From: Macrostomum lignano
Taxonomy: Eukaryota
Direction: 5' to 3'
DNA: 64,000 nucleotides
NCBI GenBank assembly: GCA_002269645.1
Contig: NIVC01000344.1
Location: forward strand, 1 to 64,000
Below, in pieces: positions 32,899 through 44,622 of this stretch. A program made the translations under genes and the position numbers. Below the pieces are notes generated by a model. It searched no databases and was not told where the DNA came from. It was given only the letters and a program-made list of their open reading frames with translations. Positions within the stretch are counted from its first letter, which is position 1. Each line of letters opens with the position of its first letter.

Positions 32899-35039
32899 CT
32901 AAATCTGGCACACCAAAGCTGACTGGTGCTTCAGTAGCTGAAAAAGCAGAAACAGAGGCAGTACGGCGATCAGCCAGTTTGCTAACATGCTAGCGCTGGC
33001 CGAGTTGAACCTGGCCGCGGCTGTGTCTTTCCAGTCGTTTGAATTAGTAATTGCTGCACCTGTGAAATTAAGTAAGATAATCAATTAATAAAAGAGCGCA
33101 TTGTATTGTTAGAAGTTATGAAAAGTAACTGTACATATAGAAAATGGCTCTTCTGTCCAGAGTCTATGTCCCAGAGTCCATGGTCCACAGTCTATGGCGT
33201 AGAGTGAAAGAACACACGAGAAAAAATTCAATTGCTCGCATAAACTATTTAGATACGAGTAATAAAGTCGTAGAATCTCGTCTTCCATTCAATTCTGTTC
33301 TGAGTCAGTGAGACAGTGAAGCATTAAGACTATGCAACAATGGAATGAGACATACTACTTTTACGGACACACCATTTTAGTTTTTAGAAAAAATACTGAG
33401 AAAATAATTCACTCACCGGCTTTGGGCGCCACAGTTGTAGCTGGATGCGGCATTGATGTTGGGTTTTTCGCTGAAATGTTAGTTGAGTCTTGCTGGAGAA
33501 GCATAAAAGTGGCTGGAGAGGGCTGAAGAGGGCTGGAGAGGGCTGGTGAGGGCTGGTGAGGGCTGGAGGCTGGAGAGGGCTGGAGAGGGCTGGACAGAGC
33601 TGACTCTCAGCAAGTTTAGGGCTAGGTTTAGGGTTGAACCAGAAAAGAATCGCTCTTTGAATCATAAGATGGTTTGAGGATTGTTACGATGTCAAGGTTT
33701 GAATTGCTGAAAGTTCGAGCTTTTCAGGGGGAATAGCTCGGGGGACTTGCTGAAAGGCAAAGCTCATAGAGGATCTGATATCTTAGTCCAGATAGCTTGC
33801 TGGGCTATCAGAGCGGATGCATTTTTCTTTGAGCCATCATTAGACTTAAAAAAATACAATGTAGATTGCGCAATATCAAAACAAATGTGTAGTTTATTGG
33901 TAAACGTTTCTTGCTTCTTTTTCCCCCCTAACGGGGGCGCAGGTTGCTAGTCCACTATACTAAAACGATTTGTCCCTATGTCGGTATCCGTGATTGATTT
34001 AATAAAAAACGCCTTAACCGAGGGCTTCCAAGGGCTCAGCACCTGCAGACACCCCGGCAGAGCTGGGAACACACAACACTTGCAGGAACATGGAAATTAT
34101 GAGACTAAAAAACGGCCAGAACAACAAGGCACACGGAGACCCGCAACAACAGCAACAACAATGCTTTACATCCCAACTCATAAAATTATTCACTCACCGG
34201 AGTTTCCTGTCAAAACTGGAGGTGCAGGTGGGTCTGGCCTCGGTGGTGGTTTCGGTGGCTCTGAAATTGGAGGAGCGAGTCTTGTTGGAGAGACAAAAGA
34301 AGGGATAGAGAGGGATGGAGAGGGGCTGGAGAGGGGCTGGAGAGGGGCTGGAGATGGGCTGGAGAGGGGCTGGAGAGGGGCTGGAGATGGGCTGGAGATG
34401 GCTTACAATGACTGGATAAGACTAAAAAGGGCTGGTGGAGCTGGAGAGGGCTGGTGAGGCATGAAAGTGCCTGGAGCTGGCTGGAGATGGCTGGAGAGGG
34501 CTGGAGAGGGCTGGAGAGGGCTGATGAGGGCTGGAGAGGTCTGGAGAGGGCTGGAGAGGGCTTGAGAATCGGATAAATAAAAGGATAAGGGAGTAAGGGA
34601 ATAAAAGGAGCAAGGGATAATTTTAAATAAAGCTTAAAATAAGCTTTAAATAAAAGGAGCAAGGGATATGAATACAAGGAGGACTTCTTGAACTTTAGGT
34701 ACGTAAGCTACGAAAAAATAAAGCTCAAATTTGAAATCAGCACCATCAAAAACCCCTGTAGAGACGAAGTTATGATACTATCAAAACTACAGCTATTTTA
34801 TCTGCCTAAATTTCAAGAAGTCCTACTAGGGGATTTGGACTCGGGTCAGGCGGAAAGTAGGAAATTTTGGGGAGTTGAAGCGGGCCTCAGCACGACGGGT
34901 ATTTGACTGGAGTTGAGTAGACAGGCAGCAAATCCGAGTTCAGTCAACCTGACTTACTTTTCTTGGAAGACGAACACCCCTCGCCGCATAGCAGTGTTGC
35001 AGCAAGACAGCTCAGAAGCAGCAGCCATCGGACAGACAT
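32899..35039 (-). CDS. Mini-gene B: 119-aa paralog with a duplicated middle exon (4 exons)
   Basis: Exons 35039-34958, 34260-34198, 33470-33417, 33059-32899, all phase 1. MSVRWLLLLSCLAATLLCGEGCSSSKK-KPPKPPPRPDPPAPPVLTGNS-AKNPTSMPHPATTVAPKA-GAAITNSNDWKDTAAARFNSASASMLANWLIAVLPLFLLFQLLKHQSALVCQI*. Confidence 0.72.
33601..33950 (+). mobile_element. Helitron-like element (second copy) in mini-gene B intron 2
   Basis: Ends CCCCCTAACGGGGGCGCAGGTTGCTAG|T. Shares ATGTCAAGGTTT, GAATTGCTGA and TTAGGG-like motifs with 10563-10801. Confidence 0.5.
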
Positions 35040-35482
35040 CTTCTATGCAGAAACAGCAGCAGAAGCGCTTTCTACTCGAAAGCTTGAGATGTCGAATTCG
35101 ATTGACGGACCAAAGAGTACCGGGCTAACATGGAGCGCCAATGTAGCTATTAAAACTGACGCCAAAATCCCAAATCCTGGGGCTCGTACACACCATACAC
35201 CATAGACAGAAGTCTGAAACTAAAATTATCGTAGACTGTTGGGTTTGTGTTTTGATTTTTCTCTGTGAGTGGTGGCTGTACTTCTTATATAGTATTGATC
35301 AGTTGGTCTTTCCAAATTCGAGTATTTAGTTGGAGAATCTGGAAGACTTGATCGATTGTGACCGCCGATGTTGATCTGTGTCGGCATCTGTATCTGGCTG
35401 CATTAAAGCAGGTTTTGGCACTGGTTTTGGATGAGTATCAAAGGCCTTTCTGGGTTGCCTCGGAGCGCTCGTAACTGAGCTC

Positions 35483-35710
35483 ATGAAAGTTAAGCAACTG
35501 GCGGCTCCAAAGACCGTGTCCGAGCTCAAATGGTCTGCTATCGAGGCAAGTCTGCCGCTGTTCATGGAGCCCAAGAAGAAGCTGCTGATCGCCGAACGGA
35601 CCTCCTTCATGTCTATGCGCCAAACCGAAGGTGAGACTGTCACCAGCTATGCTGCCCGTCTGAGGTAGCAAGCTGTCACGTGCGAGGTTGAGAAACTGAA
35701 AGGCGAGAGA
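35483..35710 (+). mobile_element. Gypsy-type gag fragment (degenerate)
   Basis: EPKKKLLIAERTSFMSMRQTEGETVTSYAARLR*QAVTCEVE fits the retrotransposon gag pattern IAER..F....Q..GE....Y.ARLR..A..C. Confidence 0.7.
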
Positions 35711-35731
35711 GCGGATCTGAGCGTAAGTCAA

Positions 35732-35868
35732 CCATAGACAAAACGTGTCCCGCGAATACAGGGAGCGGAGAATACTCATAATCTCCGCGAATCTAGTCAA
35801 TATTCTCCGCTCCTTGCATTCGTGGGATACATTTCAATAACCAACTGAAACTCGGAGAATGTCTATGG
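35732..35868. mobile_element. Small foldback MITE
   Basis: CCATAGACA...TGTCTATGG ends, internal inverted arms (GGAGCGGAGAATA / TATTCTCCGCTCC), and 3-bp flanking CAA on both sides. Confidence 0.55.
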
Positions 35869-36218
35869 CAAATCTCCTTCACCTCGGAGATTCTGCATAG
35901 ACATTCTCCTCGTTTCAGTAGTTAATATACATTACCTATTTATTTATTGCGAAGATACATGGTATATATTCCCCATTTGCTATTAACAGGGAATATGTAA
36001 TGTTTCCACCACTTAAAAGTAGAAGCAGCGTAACAGGGAAAGCGGGGTCAAGGGGGCGCTTAGCCCCTTTGCGAGGATGTGGGGGGCAGAGCCCCACATT
36101 TAAGAACGTTAAGACAATTTTTTTAAAATGATTTGATGTCTATGGTTTATAGCAGAATTTCTATACCATTTTCTGCAGATTCAGACATGCGGTGAATGTT
36201 TCAGACAATTCTCTCTAT

Positions 36219-36411
36219 GGGCCGTATGCAGAAAGCCTAGTCCAGACTAGCTAGTCCGGACTTGGGTAGTTCAGTCTATGGTCTATTGTCCAGCTACCCT
36301 GTTCTGTCTATAGTAGACTGGTCTAACTTTGCGTTTCTGCATACCAAATCCAAGTCCAGACTAGCTTTTCAAGACCGGACTACCCTAGACAGAGATTTCT
36401 GCATACGGCCC
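36219..36411. mobile_element. PIF/Harbinger-like MITE
   Basis: 16-bp TIR GGGCCGTATGCAGAAA / TTTCTGCATACGGCCC; 3-bp TSD TAT. Confidence 0.75.
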
Positions 36412-36601
36412 TATGTAGCCAAGTGAGCAGTTAGAAACAGCTTTTTAATATTGTCTTTGGGCGAGTGAAATAAACCGTTTATCTGCACCGATGCAAATAA
36501 ATGAAATTTACACTGAGACCATAGACGTTCGCCCGGGGCAAGTGGGGGATACATTTCAGTTAGCTGTAAAATTGTTACATTGGAACTTTCCATGCACAAG
36601 C

Positions 36602-38573
36602 CAAGGACAACTTGATAACTCAGGACCGGAAACGAGCCAGTTCATGGCGAAAAAAGTATGAGGCTCGTTTAAAAGCATTGTTCTATGGCCCATCCAAAGC
36701 TACGAAAGCGAAGAAATCTGAGCTTAAAATTGAGTTCTTCGCATGCACTTGCAATTGAGAGAGAGAACTTTTATTCTTGCTGAAACTAAATATCATGCCG
36801 AGAAAATGCAGCGTCATTTTCTGTTGTGCAAACTACAATAGTAACCGTGATCGGAATGTTGCAGTGTTTTCGTTTCCTAAAGATGCAACTGAACGAGAGG
36901 CTTGGCGACTGTCTCTGCCTAATCAACTGACGGTAAGACTTTCTTCAAATGTGCTTTGTGAATCAGATTTAGCCTGTCCACATGAATTCATTAACAATTT
37001 TGTTGTTGTTTAGACCGTGACAGACTACATGGGCGTGTGTACTAAGCACTGGCCTCAAGATGCACCAATGATAAAAAAAGGGAAGAAATGAAAGGCCGCT
37101 ACATCCACCATCAGTTTTCGACGGAGTCCCGCAGTCCTGCCTCGTTCAAACACAAGGTATGTGAAGTTCTACTGCTTTAATTCAAATATTCGAGCGTATT
37201 TGCACTCCATCATTTAGGGTCGAAACGAAACACTAAGGTGCGTGCTTGGATATTGCAGTGCGTGCCAGTCGACATGCTGAGGGAAGGGGCGTGCTGTTGT
37301 CCGAACGATGCCTTTTCCAAGATGAACTAGTAGAATTTCGAGAGCGTGACACGCTGCGATCGTGGACTGAATTCCGAGCATCTATTCACTGTTCAGACGT
37401 CATCAAAGCACATCAGCCTATTGTTACCATTGTTCAAGAGGAGGTGTTTATCTTCTCGTTAAGCGCCAATGCCGAAATGGTTCTGCGAGTTTTCGTTTCA
37501 CCAAACTATTCCGTGCGATGCTTTCGGTTACACTCACCAGTTGCGGTTCGAGATCTGCTTGGATCCTGCCGAAAATTTAAACACGGCCCACTCGGTGAAT
37601 TCACTGAAATGATTTCCCGGGGAAAGTTGAAGCACCCGCCAAAGTGGCTGTTCAATTTTGCTTGCCTCTGTTTCGGATGCTTCATTTCGCTGCGATCACC
37701 GTCATGTGCTTTGCGAGTGCGGAAATTGTTTGCTGCCGTTGGCGAGTTTTACTTCCTTGAAGCGGGTAGCAGTTGGGGCAGCTGCAAGGAGCTGCTGCTC
37801 AACACCTACAAGGCCATTTCGCGCAGCATCCTCAACTACGCTGCTCCTGTTTGGGGACCTGTCATCTCGTCCACCTCCTGGAACGGGCTCCAGTCGGTCC
37901 AAAACGCGGCCATTCGATGCATCACCGGCTGCACCGTCAATACCTCTGTTGCCGACCTTCACTGCGAGACCCGGATGCTCTCCAGTTCCTCCTGGCCTCT
38001 CGCCGTCCTGAGCACCCCTGCTACCACCTTTCCGCCTGCCCGGCCCCTCGCCGGCGCATGAAGCCGTCCATTTTTACCGCACCATTCTTTGACGATTCCT
38101 GGCAGCCAGTCGAAGCCCCGGCGGTCCTCGACGACGCGGCAACCTGGGACTGAGGCTCAATCACATCGACGGCCTACCTCCTAACCGCGTCGTCGGCCTT
38201 CGCCCCGACGTCTGCGATTCCGACTCAGCGACAACAACTTCCTTGAAGCAGATGTTCTGGGATGCTGCGTGCGCCTCACCAACTGTTTCTTCAATGGTTA
38301 TGTTCAACGAGGAGCAAAGAGCGCTCCTTTGCCAGATAAAGTGCACGATAGAAAAATACTGAAGTTGAGTGGATGTATTAAAAATTTTAGAAAACCGACC
38401 CTGCACCCGCCTTCTGACTGCCTATCAAAAAGTCAAATATGATACGAGTATACATTGGCAACTAAAAGCATGCGCATACGGACGGGCCATAGAACAATGC
38501 TTTTAAACGAGCCTCATACTTTTTTCGCCATGAATTGGCTCGTTTCCGGTCCTGAGTTATCAAGTTGTCCTTG
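36602..38573 (+). mobile_element. Internally deleted P-element-superfamily transposon with THAP domain
   Basis: ~90-bp TIRs starting CAAGGACAAC and 8-bp TSD GCACAAGC (36594-36601, 38574-38581). Spliced THAP: MPRKCSVIFC...FSFPKD...R.AW (36795 onward) and VCTKHW (about 37035). C-terminal SRGKLKHP motif near 37615. No catalytic core seen. Confidence 0.85.
37764..38236 (+). mobile_element. 5'-truncated LINE (I/Ingi-like RT C-terminal region) inserted in the P-element
   Basis: WGSCKELLLNTYKAISRSILNYAAPVWGP...LQSVQNAAIRCITG...LHCE. 13-bp TSD ACTTCCTTGAAGC (37751-37763, 38237-38249) and a short CAACA tail. Confidence 0.85.
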
Positions 38574-38999
38574 GCACAAGCACTACAGCTTACAACGTTT
38601 TTACCATAGACAACTAAGGTAAGTAGCCAACTAAGTAGCCAATCGATGCGAACGGGGGCTTCGCGGGGCAAAATTGTCATCCATGACATCTATGACCTTG
38701 ACATCCATGGTTTTATCCATCCATGACGGCAGCCCGCCCGCTGCAATTGTCTATGGCCGACTTCAATAAATAAAAAAACTCGTATGCATATTAGTATTTA
38801 GTTAATGTTTTTACAACTTGTATATTTTTTAAAGTAAAGCCGGCAAAAGCATACATTACCAACATAGAACTTTAGCGGCAATAAAATCTAATTCGTCAGA
38901 GTTAAGGCCGCTAATATCACCTAATACGCTCGTTGACATGCCGTTGAAAAAAAACAGAAAGTCTATATTTCCTTTCTGTTTGTCGAATACTACTGTATG

Positions 39000-40200
39000 C
39001 TGCGATATTCTTCAATACGTGAAGACGAAATTGGTGGATTGAGTTCAGATGAGCTCGATTTCATTGCAAATCTCGATCCTAGGGACCATGCCGACAGAAT
39101 GGGTCAATAGACAGGGCTGACGGATGAGCAAGAGAAGCTAGTCGATGAGGAGCTACTCAACCCTACGCCGGAAGATGACGTGGGAAGCCTGTTCCGTGAT
39201 TTGACTGAAGAAGAGGATGCTGGCTTACATCAAGTGGAGCAAGAAAGTAAACTGAAATCGACGCCTAAACAAAACTGAATTGCATATTCGCAAACTAAAA
39301 ACAGTTTCTACACGAGGAGAATTTATCTGATCACATTGAGAAAATGCCGGTCAGGTAACTCAACTCCTATCTACGTCTGTTCTTCGTTTAATTAAAACAA
39401 TTAAAAAAAGCTAACGGAAAGCCGTATGCTGTAAGTACGCTGACTTGTTTTCGAATGTGATTGGCAACGATGCGTTCTTATCGTTTGATCGAACGTACAA
39501 GGCTATGTTGGTCAAATCGCTTTAGCAAAAGAAGGATGTAAGCAGCGGTCCGAAGTACTGTCCAAATGACGACGAAGACTTCAATCGCCCAGGTCTCTAT
39601 TTCGATCGTTTGACGCTGATCCGATTGCAATTTGAAGTTCTGTTCAAGATTGTTTATGGCTTTGGTTTTCGCGGCAGAGAGTGGGTCCGAGAGTTGAATA
39701 CGGCCGATTTGAAAATATACGAGTGTTGCGGTGTTCGCTATGTTGACCTGCTGAAGACACTTATCGAAATGTGTTTTTTAGTAATCCGTCGACGTCTAAG
39801 AGCGTTATCCTAGCCGGGACACCGCATGATCCAGGCTCTTGTCCTGTACGCGCGATTGACTTGTATCTGTCGGTGATTCCAGCAGATGTAGTCTGTCCCT
39901 GGATTCGAGCCGATAAAGACTTATGTGGTACCACAAGACCCTGGTGCTCGGCAAGAGTTTATGAAAACGAGTTTGTGAAAAAACTGTGCGATCAGGCTGG
40001 TCTAAGTTGCCGTTCCAACACAAATCATTGCATTGGAACAACGGTAGTCTCAAACCTTATCATCGAAGATGAAGTTAGTAAATAGGTCAGACATTCAAGT
40101 CGTAACGGATCACAAAAGGACGAGAGTGTGGACCTCTACAACAAGAGAATGAAGTTCTCAAAGAAGGTAGATCTATCAAACACCATTAGTCGTTGACTGT
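39000..40200 (+). mobile_element. Degenerate Crypton-type tyrosine-recombinase element
   Basis: Fragments KKANGKPYAVSTL, LQFEVLFKIVYGFGFRGREWVREL, CPVRAIDLYLS, AGLSCRSNTNH and IQVVTDHK resemble Crypton/DUF3504 motifs (RGRE, CPV, TNHS, VTGHK). Contains stops and frameshifts. Confidence 0.7.
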
Positions 40201-40818
40201 CTGATCCAGGCCAGTCTGGAAAAAAACTTTTCCGCATTCGGTATACCGCGTGAGAAAACTAAAGACTGTCAATAGACTATATATCGAATGTTTATCATAT
40301 TGTCACTGGCTAATATGATTTTGTTGTAAACTGGCAAACCTAGTTTTTGTTTATTACATAATTGTCGATTAGTAACAAAAATCATCTCAGTCGGCAGTGT
40401 CACAACTGTGCCACTTGTTTTGTTTGGCACAGAAATATGTTTATTAGCATGGTTGTGCAGTAACTGCGCTATAACTTATAATAAGTATAGCAATGTTTAG
40501 ATGTGTTCTTATCTATATAGTAATAATACGTAATCTCGATTGAAAAAAATGCAGAATAAAAACGGTAAAAGTTACGAAAAACAATAGGGTGGAAAAACAA
40601 CCATAACTAAACAAAAGCAAACAAAAAAGAAGGGGTTGAACAAAAAGTAGGTTGCTTTCGTACTGTTTGCACCCCGCCGCTTTTCCGGTTCCTTCCTCCG
40701 GCCAGTGGACGCTAGTAACTCGTAGATAAACTTCTTTTGAAGCGTTTTTACCTAAATTAGAACTCAATCAAATGTATAATGAGGCCTCGGTCAGCCTCAA
40801 TGTTAATGTACCTACCCC

Positions 40819-40868
40819 TCTGCATTGAAGATGTCTGTCCGATAGCTGCTGCTTCTGACCTGTCTTTC
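40819..40868 (+). pseudogene. Relic of mini-gene exon 1
   Basis: TCTGCATTGAAGATGTCTGTCCGATAGCTGCTGCTTCTGA matches the A/C/D start region but has TGG>TAG, and similarity ends after about 50 bp. Confidence 0.75.
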
Positions 40869-41340
40869 TCAGAATCGACTACGGCCGTCAGTTGACGTTG
40901 CACAGCTGACATGGGCAGTCGGGGCCTACATGTACATGTAACAGCCGTTGATGTACGCCCGTGCGGAGTAGTGACTAGTAATTCGTCTTGCCTGAATGTG
41001 GCCCGTATCAACTCGCGAGCAAGAGCCGCGAAGTCGCGCGGTGTCGGTGGCAATCTTGTACGGACCAGAGCAGACAAAAATTTATAACCAGATGCAAGCA
41101 GCAGAGGGGCCCAGATAAGAAAGTGTACGTACAGTACGACATGTAAATAAATAAACCGTGACTGCAAATGACAGGTATATGACTGATGAATGATGTGCAT
41201 CTGTAGATGGTGCATTACGTTGTGCAGCAAGCGCGGCTGGACCATTTTCGCACGCCGGCCAACGTCATTGCGCTGCATCGCAGCAGTGTCGGTAGAAGAA
41301 ACCCGGACGCGAATCCCGGGAGACTCTAAGGGATTTTAGC

Positions 41341-41590
41341 CTAGCCTAGTGGTCAGAGCGTCGGACTCAAGACTTGAAGGTCGGGGCTCGATTCTTAATC
41401 CTACCGGAACGATTTGTGTCATTGAGCGAGACACTTTGCTCTGCACTGCTTCAGTTCACCCAGCTGTAAAATGGGTGCCAGCATCAGCTGGGGTAATTGA
41501 GGGTGTGTGTGGCGTCCCCCCAGTCCTTGGACTAAACAGCCGTAAGCAGCCTTCCGATGCGCCGCGCAATAGCGCACTGAGGCTCGACTC
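41341..41590 (+). mobile_element. tRNA-derived CORE-like SINE (copy 3)
   Basis: Matches 5536-5874. Confidence 0.8.
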
Positions 41591-42189
41591 TGCCGCGGAC
41601 CGGGCTCGACGATCGGCTGCTGATCAATGGTCTGTTGGTTGCCTTTGTCATTAGCAAACTGCAAAATGAGAAAGACCATGCAGTCCCCGGAATTAGCTAT
41701 GTCACTAAGATGCGAGGTATTTAATTTTATTTAAATCTCTGAGCATCCGTTCCCTTCTTACAACAATCTAGCCACAACTCATGTCGTAGACGAAAAGGAC
41801 GTGGCAACTGCGGCATTGAAACACCGGCTTCAACTTTTTGTCTTCATTGTAACTGCAGGCTCGAAGATTCTATTTAAAAAGCTGTTACACTTGAAAACGG
41901 GAAAACCAAGGACCACTAAAAGTTACTTGGGGAAAACCTTGAACTGCAATAAAAGTGCACGGCTCCGCATGCTCGTATGGCTGGTGTTTTGCCATAGACA
42001 ATCGTCGTCCCTCTGACGCTGCTAGTGAGACAGGAATCGCTTTGTACAGAACTGTCTGTGGCTGCAGCTCAGCAGCTAAGAGACCCGCAGAGAGAAGACG
42101 GACTTTGCAAAAAACTTTTGTCGTCAGTCAAATTGGAAATCTCAAGCTCTCCAGTACGAAGCGATTCTGCTGCTTTTTCTGCATTGAAG

Positions 42190-43510
42190 ATGTCTGTCCG
42201 ATGGCTGCTGCTTCTGAGCTGTCTTGCTGCAACACTGCTCTGCAGCGAGGCGTGTTCATCTTCCAAGAAAAGTAAGTCAGGCCGACTGAACTCATATCTG
42301 CTGCGTGTCTACTCAACTCCAGTCAAATACCGGTCTTGCCCAGACGCGCTCCAACTACCTCCCGCTCCAGCTCTCCATTTATCCGATACTCCTTCCTTCC
42401 ATCTCCCTGTCTCTCCAGTCTCTTCGGCACTCTCCAGCCCTCTCCAGCCCTCTCCAGCCCTCTCCAGCCCTCTCCAGCCCTTTCTAGCCCTCTCCAGCCC
42501 TCTCCAGCCCTCTCCAGCCCTCTCCAGCCAGTTTCATGTCTCTCCAGCAAGACACGCAACTCAAATTTCAGGCAAACCGAAACCCGCACCGCCTCCGCCT
42601 CCGCCTCCGCCTACTGTACCTCCGGGCTCCAACGCCAGTAAGTGAATTATTTTGTCAGTAATTTTTCTAAAAAGCCTTGCAATGGAAGTGTGTCTTATTC
42701 CACCGTCGCACAGTCTCACTCTGTCTTCCATTGTCGCACTGTCAAAGTGACTTCTCACTGTGTCTCTCCTCCCCCCTAATCAGTCTCATAGTCTCACTAT
42801 GAGACTCTATGAGACTCTATGAGACTCTATGAGACTCTATGAGACTCTATGAGACTCTATGAGACTCTATGAGACTCTATGAGGCTCTATGAGACTCTAT
42901 GAGGCTCTATGAGACTCTATGAGACTCTATGCGACTCTATGAGACTCTATGAAACTCTATGAGACTCTATGAGACTCTATGAGACTCTATGAGACTCTAT
43001 GAGACTCTATGAGACTCTATGAAACTCTATGAGACTCTATGAGACTCTATGAGACTCTATGAGACTCTATGAGGCTCTATGAGACTCTATGAGGCTCTAT
43101 GAGACTCTATGAGACTCTATGCGACTCTATGAGTCTCACTATGAGACTCACTATAGTCTCACTATGTCTCACACTGTATCACTATATCACTCTCTGGCTC
43201 TTTTACCGTCTTACTCACTTACTCACCCACCATCTCACTGTTACACTGTCTCACTGCATCACTGTCTGCCTTCACCCCACTGGATGCGCTTTACTATATC
43301 TCAGCTACGTAACGATTCAACTTAATTCGAATTCGAATCAATTTTTCTAATTTCACTTCAGCGCTACCACCACAGCAGCCTAAAGGCCCCGACAGACCCA
43401 ACGCCGAGACCAAGCACGCCAGCACTAGCAGGGTCGCAAACTGGCTGATCGCCGTACTGCCTCTGTTTCTGCTTTTTCAGCTACTGAAGCAGCAGTCAGC
43501 TTTGGTGTGA
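42190..43510 (+). CDS. Mini-gene C: 98-aa paralog (3 exons), near-identical inverted copy of A
   Basis: Exons 42190-42271, 42572-42637 (identical to A exon 2), 43362-43510. Ends ...TSRVANWLIAVLPLFLLFQLLKQQSALV*; TGC>TGA removes the terminal CQI. Confidence 0.72.
42797..43160. repeat. 10-bp minisatellite (CTATGAGACT) in mini-gene C intron 2
   Basis: Visible; not expanded in paralog A. Confidence 0.95.
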
Positions 43511-44442
43511 CAGATTTAGACAAGCCGAGAGAAACGCAAAGAAGGATATTGTCCGAGATTCCCGTCAATAAACAAACTTGATGGATATGCCATATTTATT
43601 TGTAACTTGAAAGTTTTTAATTGCAAGTTATTTAATCAAATATCTCTTTGCTTGAGCAGAAGAAAATCTACAAAAAATCATTCCAGTTGTAAAATTTTGA
43701 GTTTGTCAGACATTCATTTCTGGTTTATTTTGCTCTAAAATTGGCACCAATTTAAAATATAAATTCGGTATGCAGCCGATACCGTATATTTCTTGTCCGC
43801 CTTACAAAACGATATTTTGTTGTTTAACTTTCTTTCGAAACCATGCTGTACAGAAACTGGTTTTGGCAATTGCTGTTTGCAAAAGTATTAAACTAACCAG
43901 ACACGAATATATAATGTAGCAATGCTATCTTGTCTATTTGTATGCCAAGTATAACATGGATTTCATTTTGATTTCAGTTAACGGGAAACTTACCCAATTC
44001 GCAGCTTCTTATATACGAGGGGTAGATGTAGATTCAGGCTGGCTGATCAATGCGAGTCATTTATGATTGAATTTTTTCTGCCAAAGATTTTGGTTATAGA
44101 AATAATTGTTCGGAATGGTACATGACAAACGGATAGAAAAAAATGGAAACATAATTTTCCCTACAGCCCTCTCCAGCCCTCTCCAACCCTCTCCAGCCCT
44201 CTCCAGCCCTCTCCAGCCCTCTCCAGACCTCTCCAGCCCTCTCCAGCCCTCTCCAGCCCTCTCCAGACCTCTCCAGACCTCTCCAGCCCTCTCCAGCCCT
44301 CTCCAGACCTCTCCAGCCCTCTACAATCCTCGAGTCTTTTGTGTCCTTGAGGCCCTTGGTGTCCTAGAGTCCCTTGATGTCCCTGAGTCCCATCGTACCC
44401 AAGTCCCTGATGTCGTCTAACATTTTCTGCCGATTATTTCAG

Positions 44443-44622
44443 AGAATTTCTCCACAGCTCCGACAGCACAAACGTCAAGTCTCACTTTGGTGAAAATGGA
44501 GGCCATAGGTTCAAATTTCTGAGCTCTCATCGACAGCAAGAGTTTTTTATCTGTTTTTACTAAGGCGACGTGGAGCCCGAAGGCAGTCTGGCTGTTGTGA
44601 AACAACGGAACGGTCTGATCAG
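44443..44622 (+). pseudogene. Dead duplicate of ADAM exon 3 with flanking intron sequence (about 44330-45130)
   Basis: Same acceptor GATTATTTCAG and donor ATCAG|GTGCGA. CAA>TAA stop at 44561-44563. Downstream sequence matches ADAM intron 3 (6923-7170). Confidence 0.9.

Noticed and set aside
42170-42192. AG directly before the mini-gene ATG as a possible spliced-leader acceptor
   Set aside because: It is conserved in all copies, but the context is GAAG, not YAG, and there is no transcript evidence. It may simply be start-codon context.
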